DNA from: an uncultured Candidatus Saccharibacteria bacterium
GTDB lineage: Bacteria; Patescibacteriota; Dojkabacteria; SC72
DNA length: 51,761 nt
Assembly (NCBI GenBank): GCA_964621555.1
Contig: CAZUOO010000002.1
Coordinates: forward strand, 1-51,761
Direction: 5' to 3'
Under the pieces are notes generated by a model. That model saw only the letters and a list, made by a program, of their open reading frames with translations, did no database searches and was not told the DNA's origin. Shown one piece after another: positions 29,215 through 38,455 of the stretch. Numbering within the stretch: position 1 is the first letter of the stretch; every line of letters starts with the position of its first letter. A program made the position numbers and the translations under genes.

Positions 29215-30645
29215 TTACTCTAAAGTTACAATTTCAAACATATCTGGCACGTGGGTATCAACAGATAGCTCTTCTTTCATCTCCTGTGCAAACTGAGTTG
29301 CTACACTCTCCTCACCATGCACCATAAAGACTCTTCGTGGTGAGTGACCAAAACCTCTTAACCAATATCTAAGATCATTCTGATCAGCGTGAGCAGAGAA
29401 ACCTCCAAGTGTATGAACCTGAGCTCTAACTTCAAGATTCTTTCCCTTGATATACACCTCAGGTGCACCTTCAACAATATCACGACCTAATGTTCCTTCA
29501 ACCTGAAACCCTACAAATACTATACTCGTTCGACTACTCTCAATATTATTTTCTAAATGATGAATAATTCTTCCACCTGTACACATTCCACTACCCGCAA
29601 TTATAATTGCACCTCGCTTTGATACCAATCTCTTAGAGTCCTCTGCAGACTCGGTCTCGTGAAAACCTGGGAAATCAAATGGATCATCACCCTTTTCGAG
29701 TAGTCTCTGAGCATCTTCATCGTAGAAGTTTGGAAACTGCTTAAATATCTTTACGGTCTCGGAAGCCATTGGGCTATCCAAGTACACCGGCATATCTGTT
29801 AGCAACCTATTTTCAAAGAAAAGGTTCAATTCGTAAAGTATTTCCTGTGCACGCTCAATTGCAAAAGAAGGAATTAGAACATTACCACCTTTCTGTTGCG
29901 CATCTTTAAGAATAGAAAGAAATTCTAATAAAGTTTCATCTTTATTCCTATGTGACCTATTACCGTATGTGGATTCCACTATAACGTAATCAGCCTCTCT
30001 AACTAGATCAGGATCTTTAACAATCCTCTGACCAGCTTGTCCCATATCTCCTGAAAACACCACCTTTCGTGTTCTACCGTCACCATTCTCCAACCAAAGT
30101 TCAAACATAGCTGACCCTAAAATATGCCCAGCATCTCTCATTCTAAACTCAACTCCATTTCTAAAATCTACGGAATCACCATATGGATACACATCAAAGT
30201 ATGTGAGAAGCTCATTAACATCCTCCTGAGTATACATAGGCTCTCGAACTTCAAATCTATCCTTCCCACCTGATTCCAAGTTAGGATTATCCGCCCTCTT
30301 CTTAGCTTTAATAGTCCACCTCCTATACTCCTCTTCCTGCAACCCAGCCGCATCCAATAGTACCACCCTAGCAATCTCTCGAGTGGGTTGAGTTGAAATA
30401 ATACGGCCCTTAAAACCCTGCTTAATTAACAAAGGTAATCGACCACAGTGATCAAAATGACCATGAGTTAGGAAAACATAATCAAGTTCTGCAGGATTAA
30501 AGGGAAAAGGCTCATAATTGAGGTTATACAACTCTTTAGTCCCTTGGAAAGACCCACAATCAACGATAAATTTAACCTTACCCGTATCCATGTAGAAACA
30601 AGATCCCGTTACAGTTTTAGCCGCTCCACAGAATTGCAATTTCAT
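29215..30645 (-). CDS. MBL-fold beta-CASP RNA-metabolising nuclease (CPSF/RNase J-like)
   Basis: HGHFDHCG (HxHxDH). The 476-aa length and C-terminal GFSAHAD...MVHGE are typical of the beta-CASP/RMMBL architecture. Confidence 0.8.
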   Translation of the reverse strand: MKLQFCGAAKTVTGSCFYMDTGKVKFIVDCGSFQGTKELYNLNYEPFPFNPAELDYVFLTHGHFDHCGRLPLLIKQGFKGRIISTQPTREIARVVLLDAAGLQEEEYRRWTIKAKKRADNPNLESGGKDRFEVREPMYTQEDVNELLTYFDVYPYGDSVDFRNGVEFRMRDAGHILGSAMFELWLENGDGRTRKVVFSGDMGQAGQRIVKDPDLVREADYVIVESTYGNRSHRNKDETLLEFLSILKDAQQKGGNVLIPSFAIERAQEILYELNLFFENRLLTDMPVYLDSPMASETVKIFKQFPNFYDEDAQRLLEKGDDPFDFPGFHETESAEDSKRLVSKRGAIIIAGSGMCTGGRIIHHLENNIESSRTSIVFVGFQVEGTLGRDIVEGAPEVYIKGKNLEVRAQVHTLGGFSAHADQNDLRYWLRGFGHSPRRVFMVHGEESVATQFAQEMKEELSVDTHVPDMFEIVTLE

Positions 30646-30712
30646 TTAATCAGGGCAGTTTATTTTATTTCCTTTAATACTAGCAGGTTGGGTAACTACT
30701 GACAAGGACACG

Positions 30713-32137
30713 CTATACCTCTCTAGCTAGATCAAGGAGAGAATCTTTAGTATTAAGCATAGGATCGTCAATAACTTTTTCTAAAAGTGCAGATAATACA
30801 CGACCAATCTCCTTTCCGTCTACAATACCAATTTCCTTCAAGTCATTACCGTTAACCTTAAGATCGGTAACCTTCAATGCCATATCACGGCTACGCACAT
30901 CTGAGATTCTCTTTTGCAATTCAGTTATCTCTTCAGGCTTGAAAGATGTCATAGGGTTGGAAGATGCGTCCGCTATTCGTAGGGAGAACAGATCTTCTAA
31001 GTTCTCCTCCCCCACCCTTGCAATGAACCTTCTAACGGCTGAATCTGACCACTCCTTCTCCTTCAAAGATCGAATCTGTTCCTCGCTCATTCCATCTTCA
31101 TAATGTGGATAGAAGAACATATGATTTCGGACCAGATTAGCAACCTTCTTAATTTCACTCTTTGGAAATTTCATTCTTGTCATAATAGTTTCAACCATAG
31201 TTGCACCTTCAGTATCATGCCCATAGAAGTGTCCGTTACCCATATCCTTTCTTGGCTTTCCAATATCATGAAGTAGTGCAGCGAGCTTCACTTTATCGGG
31301 AGCCACGTCACAAGTTTTAAGGCTATGATAGTACACATCATCTGCATGAAATTTCCTCTGTACTACACCATACCCTTCCAATAGTTCTGGAAGAAACAAC
31401 TCCAACAGTCCAGTCTTTCTCATAAGTTCAATACCTATGGATGGCTTGCTAGAATGCATCAACATCTTCATAAACTCATCCCTAATTCTCTCCATTGAAA
31501 TCTGAGCCGCTACAGGTAGTGCGCCTCGAATAGCTTCGAAGGTATCGGTCTCTATATCAAAACCAAGCTGAGATGCCATCCTACACGCCTTATAAGCCCT
31601 CAAACCGTCCTCTTTAAATCTCTCTATTGGCGTACCCACCGCCCTCACAACCCTCAACCCCAGATCCCTCATTCCACCAAATGGATCATAGACCTCCCAT
31701 TCTTTCTCCTCTTCCACGCCATCAAGTTCAGTTGAAGAGAGATCAAGAGCCATAGCGTTGAAAGTGAAATCCCTACGTCCCAAATCTAAATCTAGATCGG
31801 TTATGAAATTCACCTTAGTTGGCCATCTACCATCCACATACCCTTCTTCACTTCTAAAGGTTGTAACCTGTACCTCAAAATTCTCCCCTTTATCATCAGG
31901 CACAATTGCAGACACCATTCCAAACCTCATACCTGTTGCAACCGACTTAGGAAAAATATCTAACATCTGATCAGGTTTTGCATCCGTAGCAAGGTCATAG
32001 TCATCAGGAACAATACCCAATACTACATCTCTCAATGCCCCCCCAACTAAATAGCACTGATACCCTTCTTTTAGGAGCATCCTAGCCACTTTTTGAACAT
32101 AACCTGGAATTGTAAACTTCACCCTATTGTTTCCCAT
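30713..32137 (-). CDS. cca: CCA-adding tRNA nucleotidyltransferase with HD domain
   Basis: The GGALRDVVLG...DYDLAT head domain and the LLHDIGKP HD motif are present. Confidence 0.85.
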   Translation of the reverse strand: MGNNRVKFTIPGYVQKVARMLLKEGYQCYLVGGALRDVVLGIVPDDYDLATDAKPDQMLDIFPKSVATGMRFGMVSAIVPDDKGENFEVQVTTFRSEEGYVDGRWPTKVNFITDLDLDLGRRDFTFNAMALDLSSTELDGVEEEKEWEVYDPFGGMRDLGLRVVRAVGTPIERFKEDGLRAYKACRMASQLGFDIETDTFEAIRGALPVAAQISMERIRDEFMKMLMHSSKPSIGIELMRKTGLLELFLPELLEGYGVVQRKFHADDVYYHSLKTCDVAPDKVKLAALLHDIGKPRKDMGNGHFYGHDTEGATMVETIMTRMKFPKSEIKKVANLVRNHMFFYPHYEDGMSEEQIRSLKEKEWSDSAVRRFIARVGEENLEDLFSLRIADASSNPMTSFKPEEITELQKRISDVRSRDMALKVTDLKVNGNDLKEIGIVDGKEIGRVLSALLEKVIDDPMLNTKDSLLDLAREV

Positions 32138-32663
32138 TGTGCATTTTAATAATTAAACGTACTAAATATTCAATATCTTCATACCTATGATTGTCCTCCA
32201 CCTCACCCTCTCTTGCATATTCTAACACAGAAATCTTAGGATTTTGCACCACCTCCCTAATCCTCTCATAACTACCAAAAGGATCACCTGCTTTCTGCAA
32301 AATAGTAGTTGGAACCTGTAAATTACCTATCCAACTCCCCATACTATACCCCGCTTTAATAGCAGCATCATATGGAAACCCCACAAAAATTGCCAATTGA
32401 GGATTTAATACCCCACTAGCACAACCTTTCATCGTTATTACCGTACCTATAGACTTTGCAAAAATAACGTACTCAGAATCTGAACCTATGAGTTCAACCA
32501 ATTTACCCAACTCATAATCTACATCGGTCTCATTCTCCCCCTCCCTCCAATTTCGATAAATAAGAGAGACGGCATTCACACTTTTTGCCTTAAGTGCACC
32601 CTCAATTTCCCTGATCCAATCCATATTTGAAGGAGACTGTCCTCCTAGTAGTAGTACTTTCAT
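32124..32663 (-). CDS. Small alpha/beta-fold serine hydrolase (YdeN/RBBP9-like)
   Basis: 179 aa with a nucleophile elbow FAKSIG and a C-terminal DNHRY. It overlaps the cca start by 14 nt. Confidence 0.5.
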   Translation of the reverse strand: MKVLLLGGQSPSNMDWIREIEGALKAKSVNAVSLIYRNWREGENETDVDYELGKLVELIGSDSEYVIFAKSIGTVITMKGCASGVLNPQLAIFVGFPYDAAIKAGYSMGSWIGNLQVPTTILQKAGDPFGSYERIREVVQNPKISVLEYAREGEVEDNHRYEDIEYLVRLIIKMHNGKQ

Positions 32664-32717
32664 ATAAATATTCTATCTACATCTTCACAGCAATACAACT
32701 TCTGATATACTAAAAAT

Positions 32718-33767
32718 ATGACATCAATAATGAACGTGATTCGAATAATACTAATAATCCCCCTCTTCATAGCACTTCTGGCCACATTGCTAATTGCCCC
32801 ATATATAATTTCCTTCAAATACACTGTCTTTAGTTCCTCATACATTAAAAATATTGCAACAGATAGTAGGATGGTTGAGATTATAGAAGAAAGCGTGTTT
32901 AAACAGAGTACTAATGACAATACAAATCAACTAAAAGACCTAATCTTTAAAGATAAAAACTTCATAACAGGCGCAATATCTTCAGGAATCGATAGCATAT
33001 TTGTATGGCTAGATCGAAACTCGGAGGAAATAAACGTAACCGCGAATAAAGAAGAGACACAGCAGAAATACCTCACAATACTATACTCCAAAATGCAGGA
33101 AGAGATTTTTAAAGGGTTTGGTAAGAACATAGACCCGTCGAAAATCCCTACATGTAAAGAATCCAACCTCTCAATAGAGGAACTTAGAATAAGATTCATA
33201 AACGGTAGTCCATGTTTTCCAATGGATCTAGAACAAGCTACAGACAACGCTTTTAATGAAATCGGGCTGAAATCAGATAACGATAAGGTTGTACTACTTT
33301 CCGTCCCAAAGGATAAACTCGCCGAGCTTAACTCAGTTAGAGACATATACTGGATTATAGATAATTCAGAGGCTCTGACAATCGGAATACTGCTAACATT
33401 AATATCCCTAATAGTATTAATATCCCCCAAGAAAACATCGGGATATATACTCACGGGGGTATCCATATTTATCATATCAACCACCAATTACGCACTTCTC
33501 TCATCAATCCCATACCTAGAGATAGACGAGATTTTGAAGTATCTAAATATTAAGAGGGACGATATTACAAAAGATACTTTAGATGTTGTGTACAATCAGA
33601 TATTCTCTAGAATAATAGAGGATGTAGCAAACATTGGAAAACGAGCTTCTCTATACCTCCTAATTCTTTCGATAATTATAATTACCTCCTACATCACCTA
33701 TAAGGTAGTAAAGAAGAGGAAGGAGAGATTAGAACCAATAGAGACCGAGAAAGTAGTTAGTAAGTAA
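32718..33767 (+). CDS. Membrane protein, unknown function
   Basis: 349 aa: an N-terminal TM helix, a soluble region of about 180 aa, and 3-4 C-terminal TM helices. The antisense ORFs in this interval look like shadows. Confidence 0.6.
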   Translation: MTSIMNVIRIILIIPLFIALLATLLIAPYIISFKYTVFSSSYIKNIATDSRMVEIIEESVFKQSTNDNTNQLKDLIFKDKNFITGAISSGIDSIFVWLDRNSEEINVTANKEETQQKYLTILYSKMQEEIFKGFGKNIDPSKIPTCKESNLSIEELRIRFINGSPCFPMDLEQATDNAFNEIGLKSDNDKVVLLSVPKDKLAELNSVRDIYWIIDNSEALTIGILLTLISLIVLISPKKTSGYILTGVSIFIISTTNYALLSSIPYLEIDEILKYLNIKRDDITKDTLDVVYNQIFSRIIEDVANIGKRASLYLLILSIIIITSYITYKVVKKRKERLEPIETEKVVSK

Positions 33768-33770
33768 AGA

Positions 33771-34799
33771 CTAATCTCTTCTAGCCGCTTTCATATTACC
33801 TACAATTACATCTTCAACCTTCTTAACAGCCTCCTCCAAACTATCCGCAACCACATCTGCACCAGCAGATCCGGCATGCCCTCCCCCACCCAATACACGC
33901 GCAAATACAGACACATCGAAATACTCTTCATATGACCTAAAAGAGATCCGATAGGTATTAGAAACCTCACCATTTGGGTACAATAGAAAGCCTAGACTGT
34001 TACTAGTGGCACGAAGATAGTTATTTGCTAAATAATTAGTTAATCTCTTCAAATCATTCCTACCTATTTCAAAAGAACGAATAGAATCCAAATCAAGGAA
34101 CATGTAATTATAACCTTCCTTGACATGATAGTTTGAGAAAAATGCAGTCATAACCTTAAAATCAGTTTCAGTAAAGATATTGAGATTCCGTAGCATTTTT
34201 GCCACACCCGCTCCATTATCAAGTAGCTGAGAGTAGATATTGAGAGATTTATGGTAATCGTACACCGGCTGAAAGGTAAAACTCATGGTATCTGTAACCA
34301 TTCCTAATGCAACTTCATCATACGCTCCATCATAGATTTCATATCCAAGTTTATTTACAAGCAAATCAAATAGAATCTCTACCGTGGAAGATGCATTAAC
34401 AATCATATGCAACTTATATTCACTATTAATAGTTTCACTCTGATGATGATCGATGCAAACAATAGAGGTAGAATTATCAGACACAGCTTTATCAAGCGCT
34501 TCAACATCATCCGACACACGAGAAAAATTAGAAACATCGAGAATAAATAAGGTGTCTATTTTCGAATCCGCAACAACCTCTGCAATATCTCTAGTATCAA
34601 AACTCTCAGCACCATCTAATGAAGTTAAACCAGGCAATGCCCCACCCTTAACAACAGGCACAACAAATTTATCTGGGAAATTCTTCTTAATCATCTTGAA
34701 GAGAAAAAGTACAGAAATAATGCTATCTGGATCAGGACCTAAATGCCCTACAATTGCAATACGGTTTGATTTAGAAATGATACTTGTAAGCTTCTCCAA
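33771..34799 (-). CDS. nrnA: DHH/DHHA1 phosphoesterase (NrnA-like nanoRNase/pAp phosphatase)
   Basis: IAIVGHLGPDPDSI, CIDHHQS and GGGGHAGSAGA motifs are present. The start is moved to the TTG at 34799, because the first 35 codons of the track ORF translate tRNA-Ser. Confidence 0.8.
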   Translation of the reverse strand: MEKLTSIISKSNRIAIVGHLGPDPDSIISVLFLFKMIKKNFPDKFVVPVVKGGALPGLTSLDGAESFDTRDIAEVVADSKIDTLFILDVSNFSRVSDDVEALDKAVSDNSTSIVCIDHHQSETINSEYKLHMIVNASSTVEILFDLLVNKLGYEIYDGAYDEVALGMVTDTMSFTFQPVYDYHKSLNIYSQLLDNGAGVAKMLRNLNIFTETDFKVMTAFFSNYHVKEGYNYMFLDLDSIRSFEIGRNDLKRLTNYLANNYLRATSNSLGFLLYPNGEVSNTYRISFRSYEEYFDVSVFARVLGGGGHAGSAGADVVADSLEEAVKKVEDVIVGNMKAARRD

Positions 34800-34822
34800 A
34801 TAACTACACAGTGAAGTTAATA

Positions 34823-34910
34823 TGGCGGAGAGGCAGGGATTCGAACCCTGGGTAGGTTGCCCTACGACGGTTTTCAAGACCGTTCCATTCGACCACTCTG
34901 GCACCTCTCC
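34823..34910 (-). tRNA. tRNA-Ser (anticodon UGA), CCA encoded
   Basis: The reverse complement GGAGAGGTGCCAGAGTGGTCGAATGGAACGGTCTTGAAAACCGTCGTAGGGCAACCTACCCAGGGTTCGAATCCCTGCCTCTCCGCCA folds as a tRNA. Features: anticodon loop CTTGAAA, long variable arm, TTCGAAT T-loop. Confidence 0.9.
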
Positions 34911-34950
34911 AACTTGTGCATTCTACTAGAAAAAGGAGATTATATCTAGA

Positions 34951-35928
34951 CTAACCCTTCGTAAAGATCTCTCTAATAACATCATCAAGACCCATTTCAT
35001 CAATGTTTAAATCCTCAACTTGAAAACTCTTTAATAGTTTTGCAGAAACATTAGGAACACTATCCCTATGAACTTTCAATACGCCATTAATATCATCCAA
35101 CCTAACGATCTCCCCTATCGCTTCTAAATCAGACCTTAAAATCTTTTTATTAGCTACAAAAGAAATAGTCTTATACTGTGCATGAACTTTAATTAAGTTT
35201 GATACACTACCGTCGTACATAATACGACCATCATCAATAATTATAACCCGCTTACAAAGCTCCTTAACATCATCCATATAGTGACTAGTTAACATCACGG
35301 TTGTTTCATACTTACGATTATACTCTTTAAAGAAAGTCCTCAACTTCTTCTGCATAACAACATCCAAACCAATGGTAGGTTCATCAAGAAATAGTACCTG
35401 TGGACTATGCAATAAGGAGGAAAGCAGTTCACACTTCATCCTCTGTCCAAGTGATAATTTACGAACAGAAATATTAACTACACTCCCAATATCAAGAAGA
35501 TCAATCAAATCGTCCAATCTTGGATAGAAGTCGGAATCACTAATCTCGTATATCTCTTTATTCATAAGGAAGGAATCCATAGCAGGAAGATCCCACCACA
35601 ACTGATTCTTCTGCCCCATAACCAATGAAATCCTCTTAAGAAACTCTGTATTTCTCTCCCATGGAGTATATCCAAGCACAGAAACAGAACCGCTAGTTGG
35701 GTAAAGTAAACCTGATAGACTCTTTAAAGTAGTTGTTTTTCCTGCTCCATTTGGACCAATGAAACCAACAAACTCTCCCCTCTCTATATTAAAGGAAACA
35801 TTATCAACCGCTTTAACAGTACTATACTCTCTCTTAAATAGATTCTTGATAGTCCCTTTAAGACCTGGAGCTTTTCTATATATTTGAAACTCTTTCCGAA
35901 GATTTTTAACCTTAACGTCGTACTTCAT
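34951..35928 (-). CDS. ABC transporter ATP-binding protein (ABC-2 type); no permease gene adjacent
   Basis: Walker A GPNGAGKTT, signature LSLGQRMK, Walker B LFLDEPT, plus a C-terminal domain of about 90 aa. Confidence 0.85.
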   Translation of the reverse strand: MKYDVKVKNLRKEFQIYRKAPGLKGTIKNLFKREYSTVKAVDNVSFNIERGEFVGFIGPNGAGKTTTLKSLSGLLYPTSGSVSVLGYTPWERNTEFLKRISLVMGQKNQLWWDLPAMDSFLMNKEIYEISDSDFYPRLDDLIDLLDIGSVVNISVRKLSLGQRMKCELLSSLLHSPQVLFLDEPTIGLDVVMQKKLRTFFKEYNRKYETTVMLTSHYMDDVKELCKRVIIIDDGRIMYDGSVSNLIKVHAQYKTISFVANKKILRSDLEAIGEIVRLDDINGVLKVHRDSVPNVSAKLLKSFQVEDLNIDEMGLDDVIREIFTKG

Positions 35929-35950
35929 GTCCTCATTCTATCATATAAGA

Positions 35951-35979
35951 TTGACGTGGGAATAGTATTAAAATAATAT
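35951..35979 (+). promoter_or_regulatory. Candidate promoter of the surface-module operon (TTGACG-17 nt-TAATAT)
   Basis: -35 TTGACG at 35951-35956 and -10 TAATAT at 35974-35979. The -10 overlaps the first ATG (35978). The predicted TSS is near the second ATG (35987), suggesting a leaderless mRNA starting at MKIFRL. Confidence 0.35.
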
Positions 35980-37195
35980 GATTAGTATGAAAATATTCCG
36001 ATTATCTATATCTACAATTCTAGTATTAATCCTTTGCACTAATCCTGTAATTGCCAACAACCTACAATCCGATAATTTTAAGATTGTGGACGCCACAACA
36101 AACTCTGGAGGGGAAGTAACAGGATCGAGCAACTTTAACCTCCTCAATACTGTAGGTAGTTTCTCTGGAGACCCTCGTCTGCTATCCACCAACTATAGAG
36201 CGGGAATTGGAACCGTTGAAATATACCTTGCAAATACCCCTAAGATTAGCTGTTTTGAAACCACTACAAATGGGACATCACAGTGCACCACAGGTCCCTC
36301 ATACTTAAATAGCGATGGAATGACAACCGTATGTGGACCTAACGGATGTTATGACCGAGGTAGATTTGAAATAGACATACAGAGAAACCCTGCAGATACG
36401 TTATACGGAATACAAGTGTCCACAGATAGCTTTACCACAGATACTAGATACCTAGACGGAGTAACCGGGAAGCCTAAAAACTCCAGTCTCAGAACAATAG
36501 CTGACTATAAAACAAAGGCAGGTTGGGAAACTGACGTGACCAATGTTAAAGGTCTCACATCAGGAACGCAATATACTATTCGCGCCGTGGCTCTTCACGG
36601 TGACTTCACGGAATCAGAGGTAGGACCATCTGTATCCGCAACCACTGCAAATACACACATGAGTTTCGACCTAGATATAAGCGATGTAAACGGAATAACA
36701 ACCGAAAGCGCACCACCATACCTTGTTGAATTCAACAACACCAGAACTTTAATACAAACAGGACCCCCACGAACATCCTTAAATGTAATATGGATGGATA
36801 TATCAACCAACGCTCAGGGAGGATTTGCACTAGTACAAAAGGGCGAGTATGGAGGATTATTTAGTACGTCGCAAAGCTACACGGTACCATCAGAGAATGC
36901 CAATCTAGATGGAGAAAGTGAAGGATTTGGCCTACAAAGCTACTACACAGCACAAGAGAAGCAAACAGGAAGTGGGAGTGGAGATCTTGGAGCTATCACC
37001 ACCAATGCCAACTACGCAGGTTCAGGCAATACGGTAGGGAAAATTGCGCAAGTCTATTTAAAAATGTATGAGTCAAATAAACCGCTTCTTAATGGGAGAA
37101 TGGGGATACAGCTTAAAGCTAGAGTATCTGGATTAACCCCTGCCTCTACCGATTACTCAGAAGACATTACTTTTATTATGATTCCTAGATATTAA
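35978..37195 (+). CDS. Secreted beta-rich surface protein (S-x-N-F/Y mini-repeats, FN3-like middle, shared C-terminal domain)
   Basis: Signal peptide MKIFRLSISTILVLILCTNPVIA/NN (start at 35978 or 35987). Mini-repeats SDNFKI, SSNFNL, STNYRA. FN3-like GLTSGTQYTIRAVALHGDFTESEVGPSVSATT. The C-terminus ends DYSEDITFIMIPRY. Confidence 0.75.
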   Translation: MISMKIFRLSISTILVLILCTNPVIANNLQSDNFKIVDATTNSGGEVTGSSNFNLLNTVGSFSGDPRLLSTNYRAGIGTVEIYLANTPKISCFETTTNGTSQCTTGPSYLNSDGMTTVCGPNGCYDRGRFEIDIQRNPADTLYGIQVSTDSFTTDTRYLDGVTGKPKNSSLRTIADYKTKAGWETDVTNVKGLTSGTQYTIRAVALHGDFTESEVGPSVSATTANTHMSFDLDISDVNGITTESAPPYLVEFNNTRTLIQTGPPRTSLNVIWMDISTNAQGGFALVQKGEYGGLFSTSQSYTVPSENANLDGESEGFGLQSYYTAQEKQTGSGSGDLGAITTNANYAGSGNTVGKIAQVYLKMYESNKPLLNGRMGIQLKARVSGLTPASTDYSEDITFIMIPRY

Positions 37196-37292
37196 CCCCA
37201 TATCTTATAACCTAATAAAGTTGACTTCCAACATCAATTTGTCATATTCTTAAAAGACAATTAACCTATACTATATAACCTAATACTTCGAT

Positions 37293-38420
37293 ATGAAAAC
37301 ACTTCTCAGAGCAGGACTATTAGTCGTTGCTACAACCTTCCTTCTCTCGCTAATACTTCCGAAATTCACTGCAAATGCAGACAATCTTAATGCGGTATAC
37401 TTCTTCCTCTCAAGAATGCAAACAAATATCAACGGTAGTTCAGCGACAGTTGAATATTTAATTGCACTCTCCCCTACCCAAACAATACCAACCAACGGTA
37501 CTGTAACAATACAGTTTCCGGATGCAGACGACACCAACTGGTGTAGAACTGCGGGTGCACTAACCGTAACCGGTGAGTCATCATCAATTGTAGACCTAAC
37601 ATCCACAAACTGGGATATCGATGCAGTACTACCAAACAGCGGTTCAGCCCTAACAGCTACATGTACACAAGGAGCAGGAGCAAATTCATCAGATACAATA
37701 GTAGTATCAAACGTTGGTGCGCTAACAGCATCCACAACATATGGATTCAAATTAACAAATGGTACAGCTGCAGGTGTGATTGGAACTGACGATACCGCAG
37801 GTAGCCACCCAACAACCGTAACCACACAAAGTGGTGCCACATTAGACTCTGGAACATTCGACGTAGAATTGGTATCTAACGACACAGTTACAGTTTCCGC
37901 AACAGTTAACGCAGCACCAACCGTAAACTGTTCAATAAGTACAAATACAGTAGATTTAGGAGTACTCTTCCCAGGTGGTGCATATTCAGCAGCCAGTCAT
38001 ACAATTTCAACATCAACATCCCTTTCAACCAGTGGATACTACTGGGCAGCATACGGAACGGGTGACGGAAGTACCGACGCAGGATTGTACAAGTCAACAG
38101 CTACTACATACCTTCTTCCGTCGACAGGAAGTACTACGATTGACCTAACAGGTGTTGGGACTGAAGGATTTGGAATGACAGTATCTGACCCTGACGCAGG
38201 CGGTGCAGCAGTAGTTCCTGCAGATTTCTCAGACGCATCACCAGGAATATTTGGCGCATTGGACAGGACAAGTGCAGGAGCAAGATTAATACTATATCAG
38301 AACGGTTCACAAGCCAGCCCTGATAACTCAACGATTACATACGGTGCGAAAGCAGGAGGCTCTGCAGAGGCAGGATCATACTCGGAGAATGTACATTTCA
38401 TCTGTGGAGCATACTATTAA
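37293..38420 (+). CDS. Secreted Thr/Ser/Gly/Ala-rich surface protein sharing the C-terminal domain of the preceding gene
   Basis: Signal peptide MKTLLRAGLLVVATTFLLSLILPKFTANA/DN. Very few Lys/Arg, 4 Cys. TEGFGMT and the terminal SYSENVHFICGAYY parallel SEGFGLQ and DYSEDITFIMIPRY of gene 1. Confidence 0.75.
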   Translation: MKTLLRAGLLVVATTFLLSLILPKFTANADNLNAVYFFLSRMQTNINGSSATVEYLIALSPTQTIPTNGTVTIQFPDADDTNWCRTAGALTVTGESSSIVDLTSTNWDIDAVLPNSGSALTATCTQGAGANSSDTIVVSNVGALTASTTYGFKLTNGTAAGVIGTDDTAGSHPTTVTTQSGATLDSGTFDVELVSNDTVTVSATVNAAPTVNCSISTNTVDLGVLFPGGAYSAASHTISTSTSLSTSGYYWAAYGTGDGSTDAGLYKSTATTYLLPSTGSTTIDLTGVGTEGFGMTVSDPDAGGAAVVPADFSDASPGIFGALDRTSAGARLILYQNGSQASPDNSTITYGAKAGGSAEAGSYSENVHFICGAYY

Positions 38421-38455
38421 AAAACTCCTATGTTTAAAAATGTCTAACTACATAA

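Noticed and set aside
34800-34904. N-terminal 35 codons of the 377-aa track ORF ([26 protein letters not shown]...)
   Set aside because: This segment is the tRNA-Ser(UGA) gene read as protein. The real DHH gene starts downstream, probably at the TTG at 34799.
37280-37885. 201-aa minus-strand ORF antisense to surface-module gene 2. Similar long antisense ORFs occur at 27631-28149, 18726-19328, 32927-33487, 34453-34803 and 43049-43402.
   Set aside because: These are shadow ORFs opposite strongly supported genes. Their translations are low-complexity (Ser/Pro/Leu/Ile-rich) with no motifs. They stay open only because of the codon bias of the sense strand.
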